NCBI GenBank assembly: GCA_038231435.1 | Contig: JBBRLJ010000016.1 | Coordinates: forward strand, 32,001 to 96,000 | Reading direction: 5' to 3' | Length of the DNA: 64,000 bases | Source of the DNA: Planctomycetota bacterium | Lineage (GTDB): Bacteria; Planctomycetota; UBA11346 | Shown here: positions 1-11,034 of the stretch, piece by piece | Numbering within the stretch: position 1 is the stretch's first letter | Layout of the letters: the number at the start of each line of letters is the position of its first letter | The notes under the pieces: generated by a model | Database searches by the model: none | The model's input: only the letters and a program-made list of their open reading frames with translations | Told to the model about the DNA's origin: nothing | Made by a program: the position numbers and the translations under genes

Positions 1-31
1 TGGTGCTGAGGGCGGTGCTGGGAACGGGCAT
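1..31 (-). CDS. 5' end of a CDS running off the window edge (MPVPSTALST...), unidentified
   Basis: ATG at 31 on the minus strand, preceded by a GGAGA Shine-Dalgarno-like motif and open to the window edge; too short to identify. Confidence 0.4.
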   Translation of the reverse strand, partial: MPVPSTALST

Positions 32-116
32 GGCGATCTCCGGAGAGTCACTGGTGAAAAGTCACTGCTAGATTAACGAAAACCCTTGTGGCACAACGCA
101 AAACGCCAAAAGCGAG

Positions 117-273
117 GACGCTCCCACGACAGTGCATACGCTCAGACGGTGCCGCGGTTGAAACCTTTCCCCCGCTAACGCGCTGGCCTGTTCAGACGCA
201 TCCGCGACGACGTCCGGTCGCGGGTCGGCGTTGTCGAAGCCCGGCTCCCCCCTCGGCGGTCGGGGACGGCGTC
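117..273 (-). ncRNA. Candidate structured ncRNA, 6S RNA (ssrS)-like
   Basis: Minus-strand ends pair (GACGC..TCCC.CGAC with GTCG.GGGA.GCGTC). Internal GGGAGCCG...CGGCACC resembles the GGGAGC/GGCACC motifs of 6S RNAs. Several internal hairpins. Fills the non-coding gap after ftsY. Confidence 0.4.
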
Positions 274-1207
274 AATCCGGAGCGAAGATGGCCTCGATGT
301 AGCCATCCGGATCGAAGGGCTGCAGGTCGTCCATGGTCTCGCCGACGCCGATGTAGCGCACCGGCAGGCCGAGCTCGCGGCGGATGGTGATGGCGACGCC
401 GCCTTTTGCCGTGCCGTCGAGCTTGGTCAGCACCAAGCCGGTGACGCCCATCGATTGGCCGAACACCTTCGCCTGCTGGATGGCGTTCTGGCCGGCGGTG
501 GCGTCGAGCACCAGCAGGGTCTCGTGCGGTGCCTGGGGCAGGCGCTTCTGGATGACGCGGCGGATCTTTTCCAGCTCGCGCATCAGGTGCTCCTTGTTGT
601 GCAGCCGACCGGCGGTGTCGATCAGCACCACGTCCGACTTCCGCGACTCGGCGGCGACCACCGCATCGTAGGCGACCGCGGCGGCGTCGGCGCCGTCATG
701 GCTCTTGATGATCTCGACGCCGACGCGCTCGGCCCAGATCGAGAGCTGCTCGATCGCCGCGGCGCGATAGGTGTCGCCGGCGGCGATCAGCACCTGCCGG
801 CCCTGGTCCTTGAAGCGCTTCGCGAGCTTGGCGATGGTCGTGGTCTTGCCGGCGCCATTCACCCCGACCACCAGGACGACGGTCGGGCCCTCGGCCGCCC
901 AAGCGAGCTCCTCGTCGCGCGGAGCCTGCAGCTCGTCGCGCAGGCTCTGCTTGAGGAAGGCGAGCAGATCGTCGCCCTTGGCGATCTCTCCGTCGCGGTA
1001 CTTCGCCTTGAGCTCGGCGACGATCTGCTCGCTCTTGGCGACGCCGATGTCCGCCTGGAGCAGAGTGTCCTCGAGCTGCTCGAGGAAGGCACGGTCGATC
1101 GCGCGGCCGCCGCCGATGAGCCGGCGCAGCGCTCCGCCGACGGCCGAGCGGGTCTTCGCCAGGCCTTCCTTGATCTTGGTGAACAGCCTGCCGATGGCTT
1201 TAAACAT
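272..1207 (-). CDS. ftsY: Signal recognition particle receptor FtsY
   Basis: GVNGAGKTTT, DTYRAAA, DTAGR, TKLDGTAKGG and GVGE..DDL motifs. Confidence 0.97.
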   Translation of the reverse strand: MFKAIGRLFTKIKEGLAKTRSAVGGALRRLIGGGRAIDRAFLEQLEDTLLQADIGVAKSEQIVAELKAKYRDGEIAKGDDLLAFLKQSLRDELQAPRDEELAWAAEGPTVVLVVGVNGAGKTTTIAKLAKRFKDQGRQVLIAAGDTYRAAAIEQLSIWAERVGVEIIKSHDGADAAAVAYDAVVAAESRKSDVVLIDTAGRLHNKEHLMRELEKIRRVIQKRLPQAPHETLLVLDATAGQNAIQQAKVFGQSMGVTGLVLTKLDGTAKGGVAITIRRELGLPVRYIGVGETMDDLQPFDPDGYIEAIFAPD

Positions 1208-1214
1208 GGACGCG

Positions 1215-1333
1215 CCGTCGGTCGTCGGTCGTCGGTCGTCCGTTGTGGACAGCCACAGGCGACTCGAGCGCTTCCTTCCGTCGCATCGTGTCCCTCTCCG
1301 GCGACGGACGATGGGCGACGGACGGCGGACGGT
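1215..1333. repeat. Inverted pair of 7-bp tandem arrays, (TCGTCGG)n ... (CGACGGA)n
   Basis: About 4 heptamer units at 1215-1242 and about 4-5 complementary units at 1302-1333, around a ~60-bp spacer between rsfS and ftsY. Confidence 0.7.
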
Positions 1334-1738
1334 TCATTCCCGCGAGCCGGCCTTCGCGGCATCCTGGTCCGGGTCGGCGAGCTTCTTGAGCTCCTTCTCG
1401 ACCTCGATGTCGCGCGCGGCCTTCCACAGGGAGTCGAGCTGGTAGTGCGCGCGCATCTCGACGGTGAGAGCATGGACGACCACGTCGAGGCAGTCGATCA
1501 GCATCCAGCCGGTCTCGCCTTCGACCGGCATGTGCGCTACCTTGTGGCGCTTGCAGAAGTGGTAGACCTCCTCGACCATGGACGTGGTCTGGCGGTCGGA
1601 GCGGGCGGTGGTCAAGACCACGTAGTCGAACAACGCGGCGCCGGGCGGCAGCGCCATCACGCGGACGTCGGTGCCGCCCTTGTCGAGGCAGATGCGGGCG
1701 GCGTGCAGCGCCAATTCGCGAGAAGTGAAACGGGACAT
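1334..1738 (-). CDS. rsfS: Ribosome silencing factor RsfS (Iojap)
   Basis: DK.G.DV, FDYVVLTTARSDRQ, EG..GWMLID..DVVVH, R.HYQLDSLW; start taken at MSRFTS. Confidence 0.92.
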   Translation of the reverse strand: MSRFTSRELALHAARICLDKGGTDVRVMALPPGAALFDYVVLTTARSDRQTTSMVEEVYHFCKRHKVAHMPVEGETGWMLIDCLDVVVHALTVEMRAHYQLDSLWKAARDIEVEKELKKLADPDQDAAKAGSRE

Positions 1739-1989
1739 GGGGGGCCCACGGTATGGCATGGGGCTCAGGGGCAAGGCGAGATGCGGCTGCCTCTGGCGCG
1801 GTCTTCGCTCGAGAATCGCCGCCGGACGTCGGAGTCGTCGTCGCTGTTCGCTCCCAGCCACGTGGTGGAGCGCCGCGGCCGAGCGGGCCGATGCGCCCGG
1901 GAGATGGGCGGATCGGCCCGGGCAGCGTGGCCGGACGTGCGCTTTCGTGGTGCGATCGTTGCAGGCGTCCCGGCACGGTCGTCGCTGCC

Positions 1990-2544
1990 ATGTCAGTGAA
2001 CGGAACGGAACGCCGCGCGATGCCTTCATCGACACTGCCACCTCGGCCCTCGCTCGGTCCCGCGGCTCGATCAGCGCCTCGGCAAGGGGCTCAGCACGGC
2101 CCGCGATCGCTCGGCGGCATGACCCTCGTCGAGACCATGATCGCGATCATGATCCTGGCCATCGGCCTGACCACGGTGTTCACGTCGCTGGTGAACGCGC
2201 GGCGGGGCAACCAGGTGGCCGAGGACCAGGCGCTCGCGCACCAGGGGATCCAGGCGCAGATCGAGACCTACCAGGGCATTCCCTTCGCGACCTTGCGGTC
2301 GAGTTTCCGCGGCGCGCGCTTCGCGGTCGGCGCGCTCACGCCGACGGACGGGCATCCCTCGGTCGGGACCATCACCGGCGCCTGGAATCCCGACCCGGCG
2401 AAGCTCGCTCCGGAGGCGAACCGTGTCCCTGGTTCGCCGGGGAGCGCTGAGCGCGTGCCCCTGCGTTTCCGCTGCGAGTGGTCCGAGGGCGGATCCGCGA
2501 TGTCCGCGGAAGTCGTGTACGTCTTCACCCAGCGCGGGATGTGA
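1990..2544 (+). CDS. Minor pilin/pseudopilin, PilV/GspI-like
   Basis: Prepilin motif G|MTLVETMIAIMILAIG; start uncertain (1990 or 2020). Confidence 0.8.
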   Translation: MSVNGTERRAMPSSTLPPRPSLGPAARSAPRQGAQHGPRSLGGMTLVETMIAIMILAIGLTTVFTSLVNARRGNQVAEDQALAHQGIQAQIETYQGIPFATLRSSFRGARFAVGALTPTDGHPSVGTITGAWNPDPAKLAPEANRVPGSPGSAERVPLRFRCEWSEGGSAMSAEVVYVFTQRGM

Positions 2545-3365
2545 TCGTGCGCCTGGATCCATCGCCGCATCCGACATCGAGTCCTCGTGGGGGCTTCACC
2601 CTGCTCGAGGCGATCATCGTCGGCGTGGTCCTGGCGATGGTGGTGCTGATCGCCGCTCAGAGCCTCGAGTCGGGCTCGCGGCTCAACGAGCGCATCTCGA
2701 TCGAAGCCGATCTGCAGCAACGCGCGGACGACGTGCTCGGCGCCCTGTCGCTCGAGCTGCGTACGGCGTCGACGTCGATGCACGGCGGTGGCGCGGATCT
2801 GGTGGTGGGGCCCGATGCTCCAGCCGCCTCCGCCTCATCCGTGCGTACCGAGACCGACGTGGGCGCCACCTACGACTACCGGATCTCCACCGGCATCGAG
2901 CCATGCCTCGAATCCACCATCGACGCCCCCGGGGGCGCGGCGGTCCTCCACCAGTCCTTCCGCTGCGCATACGAGCCAGGATGGCATCGTCTGATCTTCA
3001 CGCGCGGATCCGCGGGGACGGGTTCGGGTACCTTGGTCAAGCAGGTCTTCGCGGACCGCGGCCGCACCAACCTGGTCAGTTCCGAGCTGCTATGCGATCA
3101 CATCGCCGCCGTCGATCCAGCCGATCCGCGGCTTGGTGGCTTCTCCATCCACCGCGACGGCAATGCATTGACGCTGCGCTTGGCGCTGCAGGCGGCGGGC
3201 GAGGCGCCGTCCGCATCCGCCACGGCGCGCGATGGCGGCGATGCCAGGGTCGTGCGCTGCGTGGATTCACGCGTGGTGTTCCTGCGTTCCACGCTCGACG
3301 CACGTGAGGATCGCTCCGCGCTGGACGTGCTGGCAGGGTCCGGAACCGGATCAGAGCGGCCCTGA
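2541..3365 (+). CDS. Minor pilin/pseudopilin, PilW/GspJ-like
   Basis: G|FTLLEAIIVGVVLAMVV prepilin motif; GTG start overlaps the upstream TGA. Confidence 0.8.
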   Translation: MIVRLDPSPHPTSSPRGGFTLLEAIIVGVVLAMVVLIAAQSLESGSRLNERISIEADLQQRADDVLGALSLELRTASTSMHGGGADLVVGPDAPAASASSVRTETDVGATYDYRISTGIEPCLESTIDAPGGAAVLHQSFRCAYEPGWHRLIFTRGSAGTGSGTLVKQVFADRGRTNLVSSELLCDHIAAVDPADPRLGGFSIHRDGNALTLRLALQAAGEAPSASATARDGGDARVVRCVDSRVVFLRSTLDAREDRSALDVLAGSGTGSERP

Positions 3366-3366
3366 C

Positions 3367-4938
3367 ATGGCAGCCACATCGGTATCAGCAGCATCGGCAG
3401 CATCGACACCTACGCGAGGGACCATCGCGAGCGAGAGTGGCAGCGCGCTGCCGTTGGCGCTGGGCATCGTCGTCATCCTCGCCGCGTTGTCGGTGAGCCT
3501 GACCGAGATGACCATCGGCCGGAGCGCCGGCCAGCGCGGCCGGCACGACGAGGTGCGTCTCGCGGCCGCGGTCGAATCCGCCGCCGGCGAGACCCTGGCC
3601 TGGATGCATGGCCACCAAGCGCTGCTGGCGGCGCTGCCAGAGCATCCCGAGCTGGTGGCCGATGCCACTTCGACGCCGCCCCGTGGGCGTCCGTGGGCCG
3701 ATCAGTGGGAGAAGCTCGTCGACCGCAGCATGAGCGCGCCGGTCGCGGCACGTGTCGGCGCGAAGATCCCCGACGCTGACATCATCACCAATGGCGCTCA
3801 GCCGACAATGATCCCGGCGATCCTCTCGCAGTCCTCGGATGCCACTACTGCAGTGGACGGTCGCGGACCGATTGTGAGCGGCTGTGCGGCGGACACGCGC
3901 AATGGCTGCGCGATCACCAGCTACATCGTCTGCCTGCATCGTACCGAGGCAGGCCATGCCTGGCCCGACGGGCATGAGCGCTTCGCCGTGTTCACCGTGG
4001 CGACGCTCGGCGACCTGGCGGTGGATCCGCGGAGCTTCCAGCGCCGCATGGTGCAGACCATCGTCGCCACCGGCTGTTCGCGCCCATTCACCCAGGCGCT
4101 GTACGCGAGCGACAGCCTGGTCCTGTCCGGTCCCGCGCGCACCGACAGCTGGCTCGGTGGCTCGACCGCGTACGCACCGCTCCCCGCGTCCGCCTCGCCT
4201 GCGCCGGCATCGCACGGCGACGTCGTCTGTGCCGGCACGATGTCGCTGCGGGATCGCGCCTCCATCCATGGTGCGGTTCGCCAGGACGAGCGCCTGGCGC
4301 TGCCGTCGATCGCCGGCGTCGTCACCGATGCCGTGACCGTAGCCAATCTCGACTTCTCCGGTGACGTCACGCTGGCCGGAGATGCGCAGGGGGGCCAGGT
4401 CTCGTACCGCGCGCGCACGGTCACCGGCGGCCTGTGCTTCAGCGGTGGCGGCACGGTGCGCCTCTTCTGCGAAGGAGCGTTCGCGCCCAGGTCGATGCGC
4501 TTCTCTCCGGGATCGACGGTCGAGGTGGTGATCATCCAGGGCGAGCACGATGCCAAGGACGTCGTCATCGGAGGCCCCACCCGAGTGCCCACGGGATCCG
4601 GCGACGTGGAGCGCCGTGGCGCCGGCGGCTCCGACGGCAACGGCGATGACGTCGCCGCTCCTCGTCGCCTGGTCTTCATCTCGGACGCCGACATCGAGAT
4701 CCGCATCGCCGGCGACGGCGCGCTGGCGGCGGTGGTCTACGCGCCGCGCGCGCACCTCACGCTCGCGGGATCCTTCCAGCTCTTCGGCGCCCTGATCGCG
4801 CGCTCGATCGACGGCGCGGCCGATGCCACATTCCAGATCCACTACGACGAGAGCCTGTGGGGCATGACCCTGCCGTCCGCTCCCACTCTATCCGCTTCAG
4901 GCTGGAGCCTGGTATCGCTCTCCCTCGGCAACCACTGA
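3367..4938 (+). CDS. PilX/GspK-like minor pilin with extended beta-rich C-terminal domain
   Basis: GSALPLALGIVVIL N-terminus lacking E5, as in PilX; C-terminal VYAP..L.L.G...FGALIA...IHYDE motif; third gene of the pilin operon. Confidence 0.75.
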   Translation: MAATSVSAASAASTPTRGTIASESGSALPLALGIVVILAALSVSLTEMTIGRSAGQRGRHDEVRLAAAVESAAGETLAWMHGHQALLAALPEHPELVADATSTPPRGRPWADQWEKLVDRSMSAPVAARVGAKIPDADIITNGAQPTMIPAILSQSSDATTAVDGRGPIVSGCAADTRNGCAITSYIVCLHRTEAGHAWPDGHERFAVFTVATLGDLAVDPRSFQRRMVQTIVATGCSRPFTQALYASDSLVLSGPARTDSWLGGSTAYAPLPASASPAPASHGDVVCAGTMSLRDRASIHGAVRQDERLALPSIAGVVTDAVTVANLDFSGDVTLAGDAQGGQVSYRARTVTGGLCFSGGGTVRLFCEGAFAPRSMRFSPGSTVEVVIIQGEHDAKDVVIGGPTRVPTGSGDVERRGAGGSDGNGDDVAAPRRLVFISDADIEIRIAGDGALAAVVYAPRAHLTLAGSFQLFGALIARSIDGAADATFQIHYDESLWGMTLPSAPTLSASGWSLVSLSLGNH

Positions 4939-4941
4939 TCC

Positions 4942-4998
4942 TCGTTTCCTTTCCCTCTTCGCTCTTCCCTCTTCCCTCTTCCGTCCTCTGTCGTCTCA
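4942..4998 (+). repeat. Degenerate 7-bp tandem array (CTCTTCC)n
   Basis: ctcttcg ctcttcc ctcttcc ctcttcc plus degenerate flanking units just after the pilX-like stop. Confidence 0.7.
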
Positions 4999-5061
4999 GT
5001 CTCCCTCGGCACCACGGTGCGAAGCTTCCCCGCCTCGCCACGCTCGTAGCATCCATCCTCG

Positions 5062-5580
5062 ATGCCTCCTCGCCCACTGATCCGTGCCGCCGAGATCCGC
5101 CGTCGCGTGCGGGAGCTGGGCCGCGAGATCAGCGCCGCCCATGCGGACCGAGCGCCGCTGCTGCTGCTGCTGATGGACGGCGCTTTCTGCTTCGCCGCCG
5201 ATCTGGCGCGCGAGATCGCTTCGCCCGAGGCGCGGCTGGCCTTCCTGCGCGTGCGCAGCTCTGGGGCTGGCACCGAGTCGTCGGGTCGGGTCGAGATGGA
5301 GGCGCTGCCCGAGCTCGCCGGCGCGCACGTGGTGGTGGTCGACGACATCCTCGACAGCGGGCGCACGCTCGCGGCCGTGCGCGCCGCGGCGCTGGCGGCT
5401 GGCAGCGCGAGCGTGAGCACCTGTGTGTTGCTCGACAAGCCGTCGCGCCGAGTCCCCGAGGGCTTGGCGCGCGCCGACCATTCCGGCTTCACCGTCCCCG
5501 AGGCATTCCTGGTCGGCTATGGCCTCGATCTCGATGGCCGCTGGCGCCACCTGCGCGACGTGTGCGTGCTCGAGCCCTGA
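5062..5580 (+). CDS. hpt: Hypoxanthine phosphoribosyltransferase
   Basis: PRPP motif VVVVDDILDSGRTL, LLDKP, FLVGYGLD. Confidence 0.9.
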   Translation: MPPRPLIRAAEIRRRVRELGREISAAHADRAPLLLLLMDGAFCFAADLAREIASPEARLAFLRVRSSGAGTESSGRVEMEALPELAGAHVVVVDDILDSGRTLAAVRAAALAAGSASVSTCVLLDKPSRRVPEGLARADHSGFTVPEAFLVGYGLDLDGRWRHLRDVCVLEP

Positions 5581-5724
5581 GCCTCGGCCCGCCGGGCCGC
5601 TTGTCTCTTTTCTTGCCCGCCATCAGCCCATGCTGCGCCCTCCCGCGGAACCATCAACGCCGGCGCCAGCTACGGCGGCGGCTTGCTCGGAAAAGACCTC
5701 CACGGGAAATATCAAAGGACCCCC

Positions 5725-6972
<1,248 letters not shown>

Positions 6973-7001
6973 CCCGATGGCTGACCTGATGGCCGGTCCC
7001 C

Positions 7002-7703
7002 ATGGTTGAGCGGCGTTCGTCCGCGGCGCGTGGATCGCGTGCGACCCGTCCAGAACGGTATCCGACGCGATTGCTCGGCACGGGCGGCGTGCTCACTGCC
7101 GACGACCTCGCCCTGCCGGCGCCGGTCCTCGCGCCGCTGCTGATCGGCTGCGGCATCGAGGCGCACGGCGTGCGCGGCCGCATCATCGAGACCGAGGCGT
7201 ACCAAGGCGAGGAGGACCTCGCCTGCCACGCCTCGCGGGGGCGCACTCCGCGCACCGAGGTGCTCTATGCGGCACCGGGCACGCTCTACGTCTACCTCTG
7301 TTACGGCATGCACGTCCTCTTGAACCTGGTGTGCGATCGCGAGGGCACGCCCGCGGCGGTGCTGATCCGCGCCATCGACATCGGCGCGGGCGAGGGGGAT
7401 GGCGAGTCGCTCGCGCGCCGTCGCCGCGGGCAGGCGCGCGCATCCACCGCGATGGCGCGCGAGCAGCTCGCTAACGGTCCGGCCAAGCTCACCCAGGCGT
7501 TGGCGATCGATCTCGGCCACAACCGCCTGGTCCTCGGCGCGACGCGTTGCCCGCTTCGGCTGCGTCCGGCGCGGGTCCGCCCACCCTTGGCGCGCGGCCC
7601 GCGCGTGGGCGTGGCCTACGCGGGCGACGGCTGGGCGCAGCGGCCATGGAGATGGTGGCAGGCCGGCTATCCCGTCGCCACCGGCCCCGGTGCAGGCGCC
7701 TGA
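7002..7703 (+). CDS. mpg: DNA-3-methyladenine glycosylase (MPG/AAG family)
   Basis: GRIIETEAY, D.ACHA, YVYLCYGMH.LLN, AVLIRA, NGPAKLTQAL, PRVGV; the true start may be GTG at 7088. Confidence 0.9.
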   Translation: MVERRSSAARGSRATRPERYPTRLLGTGGVLTADDLALPAPVLAPLLIGCGIEAHGVRGRIIETEAYQGEEDLACHASRGRTPRTEVLYAAPGTLYVYLCYGMHVLLNLVCDREGTPAAVLIRAIDIGAGEGDGESLARRRRGQARASTAMAREQLANGPAKLTQALAIDLGHNRLVLGATRCPLRLRPARVRPPLARGPRVGVAYAGDGWAQRPWRWWQAGYPVATGPGAGA

Positions 7704-7779
7704 GCACGGCGTGCGCCGTCCACGGGTTTCGATTCCGGTGGAGGCATCGCCAGGCTAGCGTGGTGAGAGAGGCCATCGC

Positions 7780-8796
7780 ATGTCCACCATTCTCGTCACC
7801 GGCGGCGCCGGCTACATCGGCAGCCACACCTGCCTCGAGCTCCTCGGCGCGGGTCACCGCGTCGTGGTGCTCGACAACCTCGACAACAGCTGCGAGGAGG
7901 CGCTGCGGCGGGTCGAGCGCCTTGCCGGCAAGAGCGTGGAATTCCACCGCGTCGATCTGCTCGACCGCGCTGCGACCGATGCCGTCTTCGCGCGCCAGCG
8001 GGTCGACGCGGTCGTCCATTTCGCCGGGCTCAAGGCGGTCGGCGAATCGGTGGCCATCCCGCTGCGCTATTACGACAACAACCTGACCGGCACGCTCCAC
8101 CTGCTCGAGGTGATGAAGGCGCGCGGCGTGCGGCGGCTGGTGTTCTCGTCCTCGGCGACGGTCTATGGCGATCCGGCGACGGTGCCGATCACCGAGGACA
8201 TGCCCCTGTCCGCGACCAATCCGTATGGGCGCACCAAGCTGTTCATCGAGGACATCTGCCGCGATCTGGCCAAGGCCGAGAAGGACTGGTCGATCGTGCT
8301 GCTGCGCTATTTCAATCCGGTCGGCGCGCATCCCAGCGGCCAGATCGGCGAGGACCCGAAGGGCATCCCCAACAACCTCATGCCGTACATCATGCAGGTG
8401 GCAGTGGGCAAGCGGCCGCACCTGAGCATCTACGGAGGCGACTACCCGACCCCCGATGGCACCGGGGTGCGCGATTACATCCACGTGGTCGACTTGGCCC
8501 TCGGCCATCTCGCGGCTCTCGAGGCCGTCGCCAAGCTGCCCGGCTGCACGGCGATCAATCTCGGGACCGGCGCGGGCGTCTCGGTGCTCGAGATGTTGGC
8601 CGCGGTGTCGAAGGCAGTAGGTCGCGAGATCCCCCGCCAGGTCGTCACCCGCCGCCCTGGAGACGTGGCGACCTGCTACGCCGATCCAGCGCTCGCGAGC
8701 CGGATCCTCGGCTGGCGCGCCACCCGCGGCCTGGACGCCATGTGCGCCGACAGCTGGCGCTGGCAGAGCGCCAATCCCAACGGTTTCGCCACCTGA
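7780..8796 (+). CDS. galE: UDP-glucose 4-epimerase
   Basis: [49 protein letters not shown]. Confidence 0.97.
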   Translation: MSTILVTGGAGYIGSHTCLELLGAGHRVVVLDNLDNSCEEALRRVERLAGKSVEFHRVDLLDRAATDAVFARQRVDAVVHFAGLKAVGESVAIPLRYYDNNLTGTLHLLEVMKARGVRRLVFSSSATVYGDPATVPITEDMPLSATNPYGRTKLFIEDICRDLAKAEKDWSIVLLRYFNPVGAHPSGQIGEDPKGIPNNLMPYIMQVAVGKRPHLSIYGGDYPTPDGTGVRDYIHVVDLALGHLAALEAVAKLPGCTAINLGTGAGVSVLEMLAAVSKAVGREIPRQVVTRRPGDVATCYADPALASRILGWRATRGLDAMCADSWRWQSANPNGFAT

Positions 8797-8897
8797 TCGC
8801 CCATCAGGACGCGCGGGCGCCCTAGAGGGCCCGTCAGTCGGTAGCGCGCTGTCAGCACCGCTCTTGTGCTGTGGCGCGTCGCGGGGATAGTGGAGGC

Positions 8898-9479
8898 ATG
8901 GCAGGAAACATCTCCAGCAAGGTCGCCACCGTCATCGTGCTCGTGCCGCTGCTGGCGCTGGCATGGTTCCTCGCGCCCATGGCTCTGCCGGTTTACCGGT
9001 GGCGCTACATGGATTTCCTCGAGCTGTCGAAGAAGACCGGCATCCCACTCGCCGAGATCTCGAAGCAGTACGATGTCACCGCCCGCTACGCTCCCCGCGG
9101 CCTCGAGGACCCGTTGCCCTGGCAGATCATGACCATGGACCCGACGTGGGTATCGGTGAACAGCAAGCACGACGACGAGGACCACATCCTGGTGCGCTGC
9201 ACCTTCGTGAGCGACCGCGACGGCACGCCTCCGAGCAAGCTGTTCCTCGGCTCCGGCTCGCTCAAGGACCGCTACTGGCGCGCACGGGCCTGGCGCATGC
9301 CTCCTGGCACCCTCGGCTTCAATTCCAAGCGTCCGGTGGTGATCTACGCCGGCGACTCGATCGAGAAGCTCTCGATCGGCCAGTGCGAAATGCTCGATGA
9401 CGAGGTCACGCGCCAGAGCAAATGGACCAACGACGACAAGGAAGTCGAAGACGGTTTCAAGACGAGGTCGTCGCCCTGA
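8898..9479 (+). CDS. Hypothetical protein with N-terminal membrane anchor
   Basis: GGAGG RBS, typical codon usage, one hydrophobic N-terminal helix. Confidence 0.75.
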   Translation: MAGNISSKVATVIVLVPLLALAWFLAPMALPVYRWRYMDFLELSKKTGIPLAEISKQYDVTARYAPRGLEDPLPWQIMTMDPTWVSVNSKHDDEDHILVRCTFVSDRDGTPPSKLFLGSGSLKDRYWRARAWRMPPGTLGFNSKRPVVIYAGDSIEKLSIGQCEMLDDEVTRQSKWTNDDKEVEDGFKTRSSP

Positions 9480-9969
9480 TCACCGTAGCGACCGGCGCGC
9501 GGTAACGCAGGCCGTGCGCCGCGTCCTCGTAATAGCCGTGCAGCGTCGCCCCCCGTTCGAACCCCAGCTTCTCGTACAGCCCGCGCGCCGCGACATTGTC
9601 GTGCCGCACCTCGAGCGATAGCGTCGCGCATTTCCGCGACGCCGCTGCGCGCGCCAGCCCGAGGATGAGCACCTGCGCGAGCCCCTTGCCGCGCTGCTCG
9701 GGCCCGACCGCGATCGAATAGATCCGCGCCACCGCCGATCGCGCCCTGAACAGCCCGACGATGGCCGCCACCACCGCAACCTGGTCCTCGACCACCAGCG
9801 TCACCGCAGTTCCCGCGACCGCCGCATCCCCGAGCAGCCGCCGCCACGTCCGCCGCGGAAACCGGTCCGCCTCGGGAAAGCACCGCCCCTCGAGCGCGAC
9901 CAGCCCCTCGAGATCCCGCCCCCGCGCGACCCGCACCAACGGCTGCTCCTCGACGGGATTCTTCGTCAC
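9457..9969 (-). CDS. GNAT N-acetyltransferase, RimI-like
   Basis: ARIYSIAV...RGKGLA, LSLEVR.DN.AA.GLYEKLGF, GYYED. Confidence 0.88.
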   Translation of the reverse strand: MTKNPVEEQPLVRVARGRDLEGLVALEGRCFPEADRFPRRTWRRLLGDAAVAGTAVTLVVEDQVAVVAAIVGLFRARSAVARIYSIAVGPEQRGKGLAQVLILGLARAAASRKCATLSLEVRHDNVAARGLYEKLGFERGATLHGYYEDAAHGLRYRAPVATVIRATTSS

Positions 9970-10009
9970 ACTCTCATTCCCTGCATGTAGTCGTGGATTG
10001 TAACCGTGA

Positions 10010-10111
10010 GGATCGTTATCGCCGACGCTGCCAAGGCGGCGATCCCGAAGCGGTAGTCATCTACCGCGAGCGGTGAGCCAACGCCGGTAGCGTCGGCGAG
10101 AACGACCGCAA
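10010..10111 (-). repeat. Family B palindromic intergenic element (REP/MITE-like), copy B1
   Basis: Core CCGGCGTTGGCTCACC..CGGTAGATGACTACCG..GGGATCGCCGCCTTGGC inside a long inverted-repeat stem; matches 15933-16033 and 45504-45613. Confidence 0.85.
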
Positions 10112-11014
10112 CTAGTTGGCGACCCAACCTTCCCAGGGCTCGCCGGTGAGCGACCTGATCACGTTGCGATACACCTCGGGATTGTTGATATCCTCGACCC
10201 CGGCGTCGATGTTGGGATTGTCGTTCACCTCGATGACGATGAAGCCGTCGTCGAGCTCCTTGATGTCGACGCCGTACAGGCTCTTGCCGATCGAGTTGCC
10301 GGCCTGCAACGCGACCTTCACCAGCCGCGGGTCGACCTGGGTCTTCTCTACGCCCTCGACATCGCAGATGTTCGGGCGGCCGTCCTCGTGGGTGTCGTGG
10401 ATGCGCCACGCGCCCTCGCCCATGACGTACTTGATCACCAGCAGGACCTTGCCGTCGAGGATGGTGACGCGCCAATCGAACGAACTCGGCAGGTACTGCT
10501 GGACGACCAGGCGCTCGGCGCGGCGCAGGAAGCGTTTGCCGACCTTCACGAAGCCGTTCTCGTCGTGGACCTTCTCAACGTAGGCGCTGAACGATGAGTT
10601 CGGTGCCTTGAGCACCAGTGGGGTGCCATACGACTCGAAGAGCTCGCGCGCCTGCTCGACGGTGACTTCCTCCTCGGCGAGGAAGCAGGTGTCCGGCATC
10701 GGCACGTTGGCGCGCATGAGATGCTGGTACATGTTCACCTTGTCGCAGCACACCACGATGGAATCCGGCTCGTCGATCACGCGCAGGCCGTGCACCTCGC
10801 CCATGCGCGCGGCGACGTAGCTGGAATTCAGGGGATCGGTGAGCGCGCGGATCAGCAGCCCGTCGTAGCGCGGGATGTTCATGATCTCGGAGCGGAACAG
10901 GAAGTCGCAGTCGTGCCCGAGCTTCGCGGCCGCCATGCGGAAATTGGTCAATGCCGTCAGCTGCACCGCGCTGCGGATGGTGTTGCGATCAGTGAAGATG
11001 GCGAGGCGGGACAT
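10112..11014 (-). CDS. RimK-family ATP-grasp peptide/amino-acid ligase
   Basis: LRVIDEP.SI..CCDK, PLVLKAPNSSFS, QQYLP..FDWRV, YGVDIKE, IEVNDNPNIDAGVED. Confidence 0.92.
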   Translation of the reverse strand: MSRLAIFTDRNTIRSAVQLTALTNFRMAAAKLGHDCDFLFRSEIMNIPRYDGLLIRALTDPLNSSYVAARMGEVHGLRVIDEPDSIVVCCDKVNMYQHLMRANVPMPDTCFLAEEEVTVEQARELFESYGTPLVLKAPNSSFSAYVEKVHDENGFVKVGKRFLRRAERLVVQQYLPSSFDWRVTILDGKVLLVIKYVMGEGAWRIHDTHEDGRPNICDVEGVEKTQVDPRLVKVALQAGNSIGKSLYGVDIKELDDGFIVIEVNDNPNIDAGVEDINNPEVYRNVIRSLTGEPWEGWVAN

Positions 11015-11034
11015 CAGCGGATCGCTTCGCTCGC

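Noticed and set aside
97..126. c-di-GMP-I riboswitch-like GCAAA...GGACGC on the plus strand
   Set aside because: Lacks the GNRA-capped P2 and GCAAAGC/P3 elements, and has no downstream plus-strand gene
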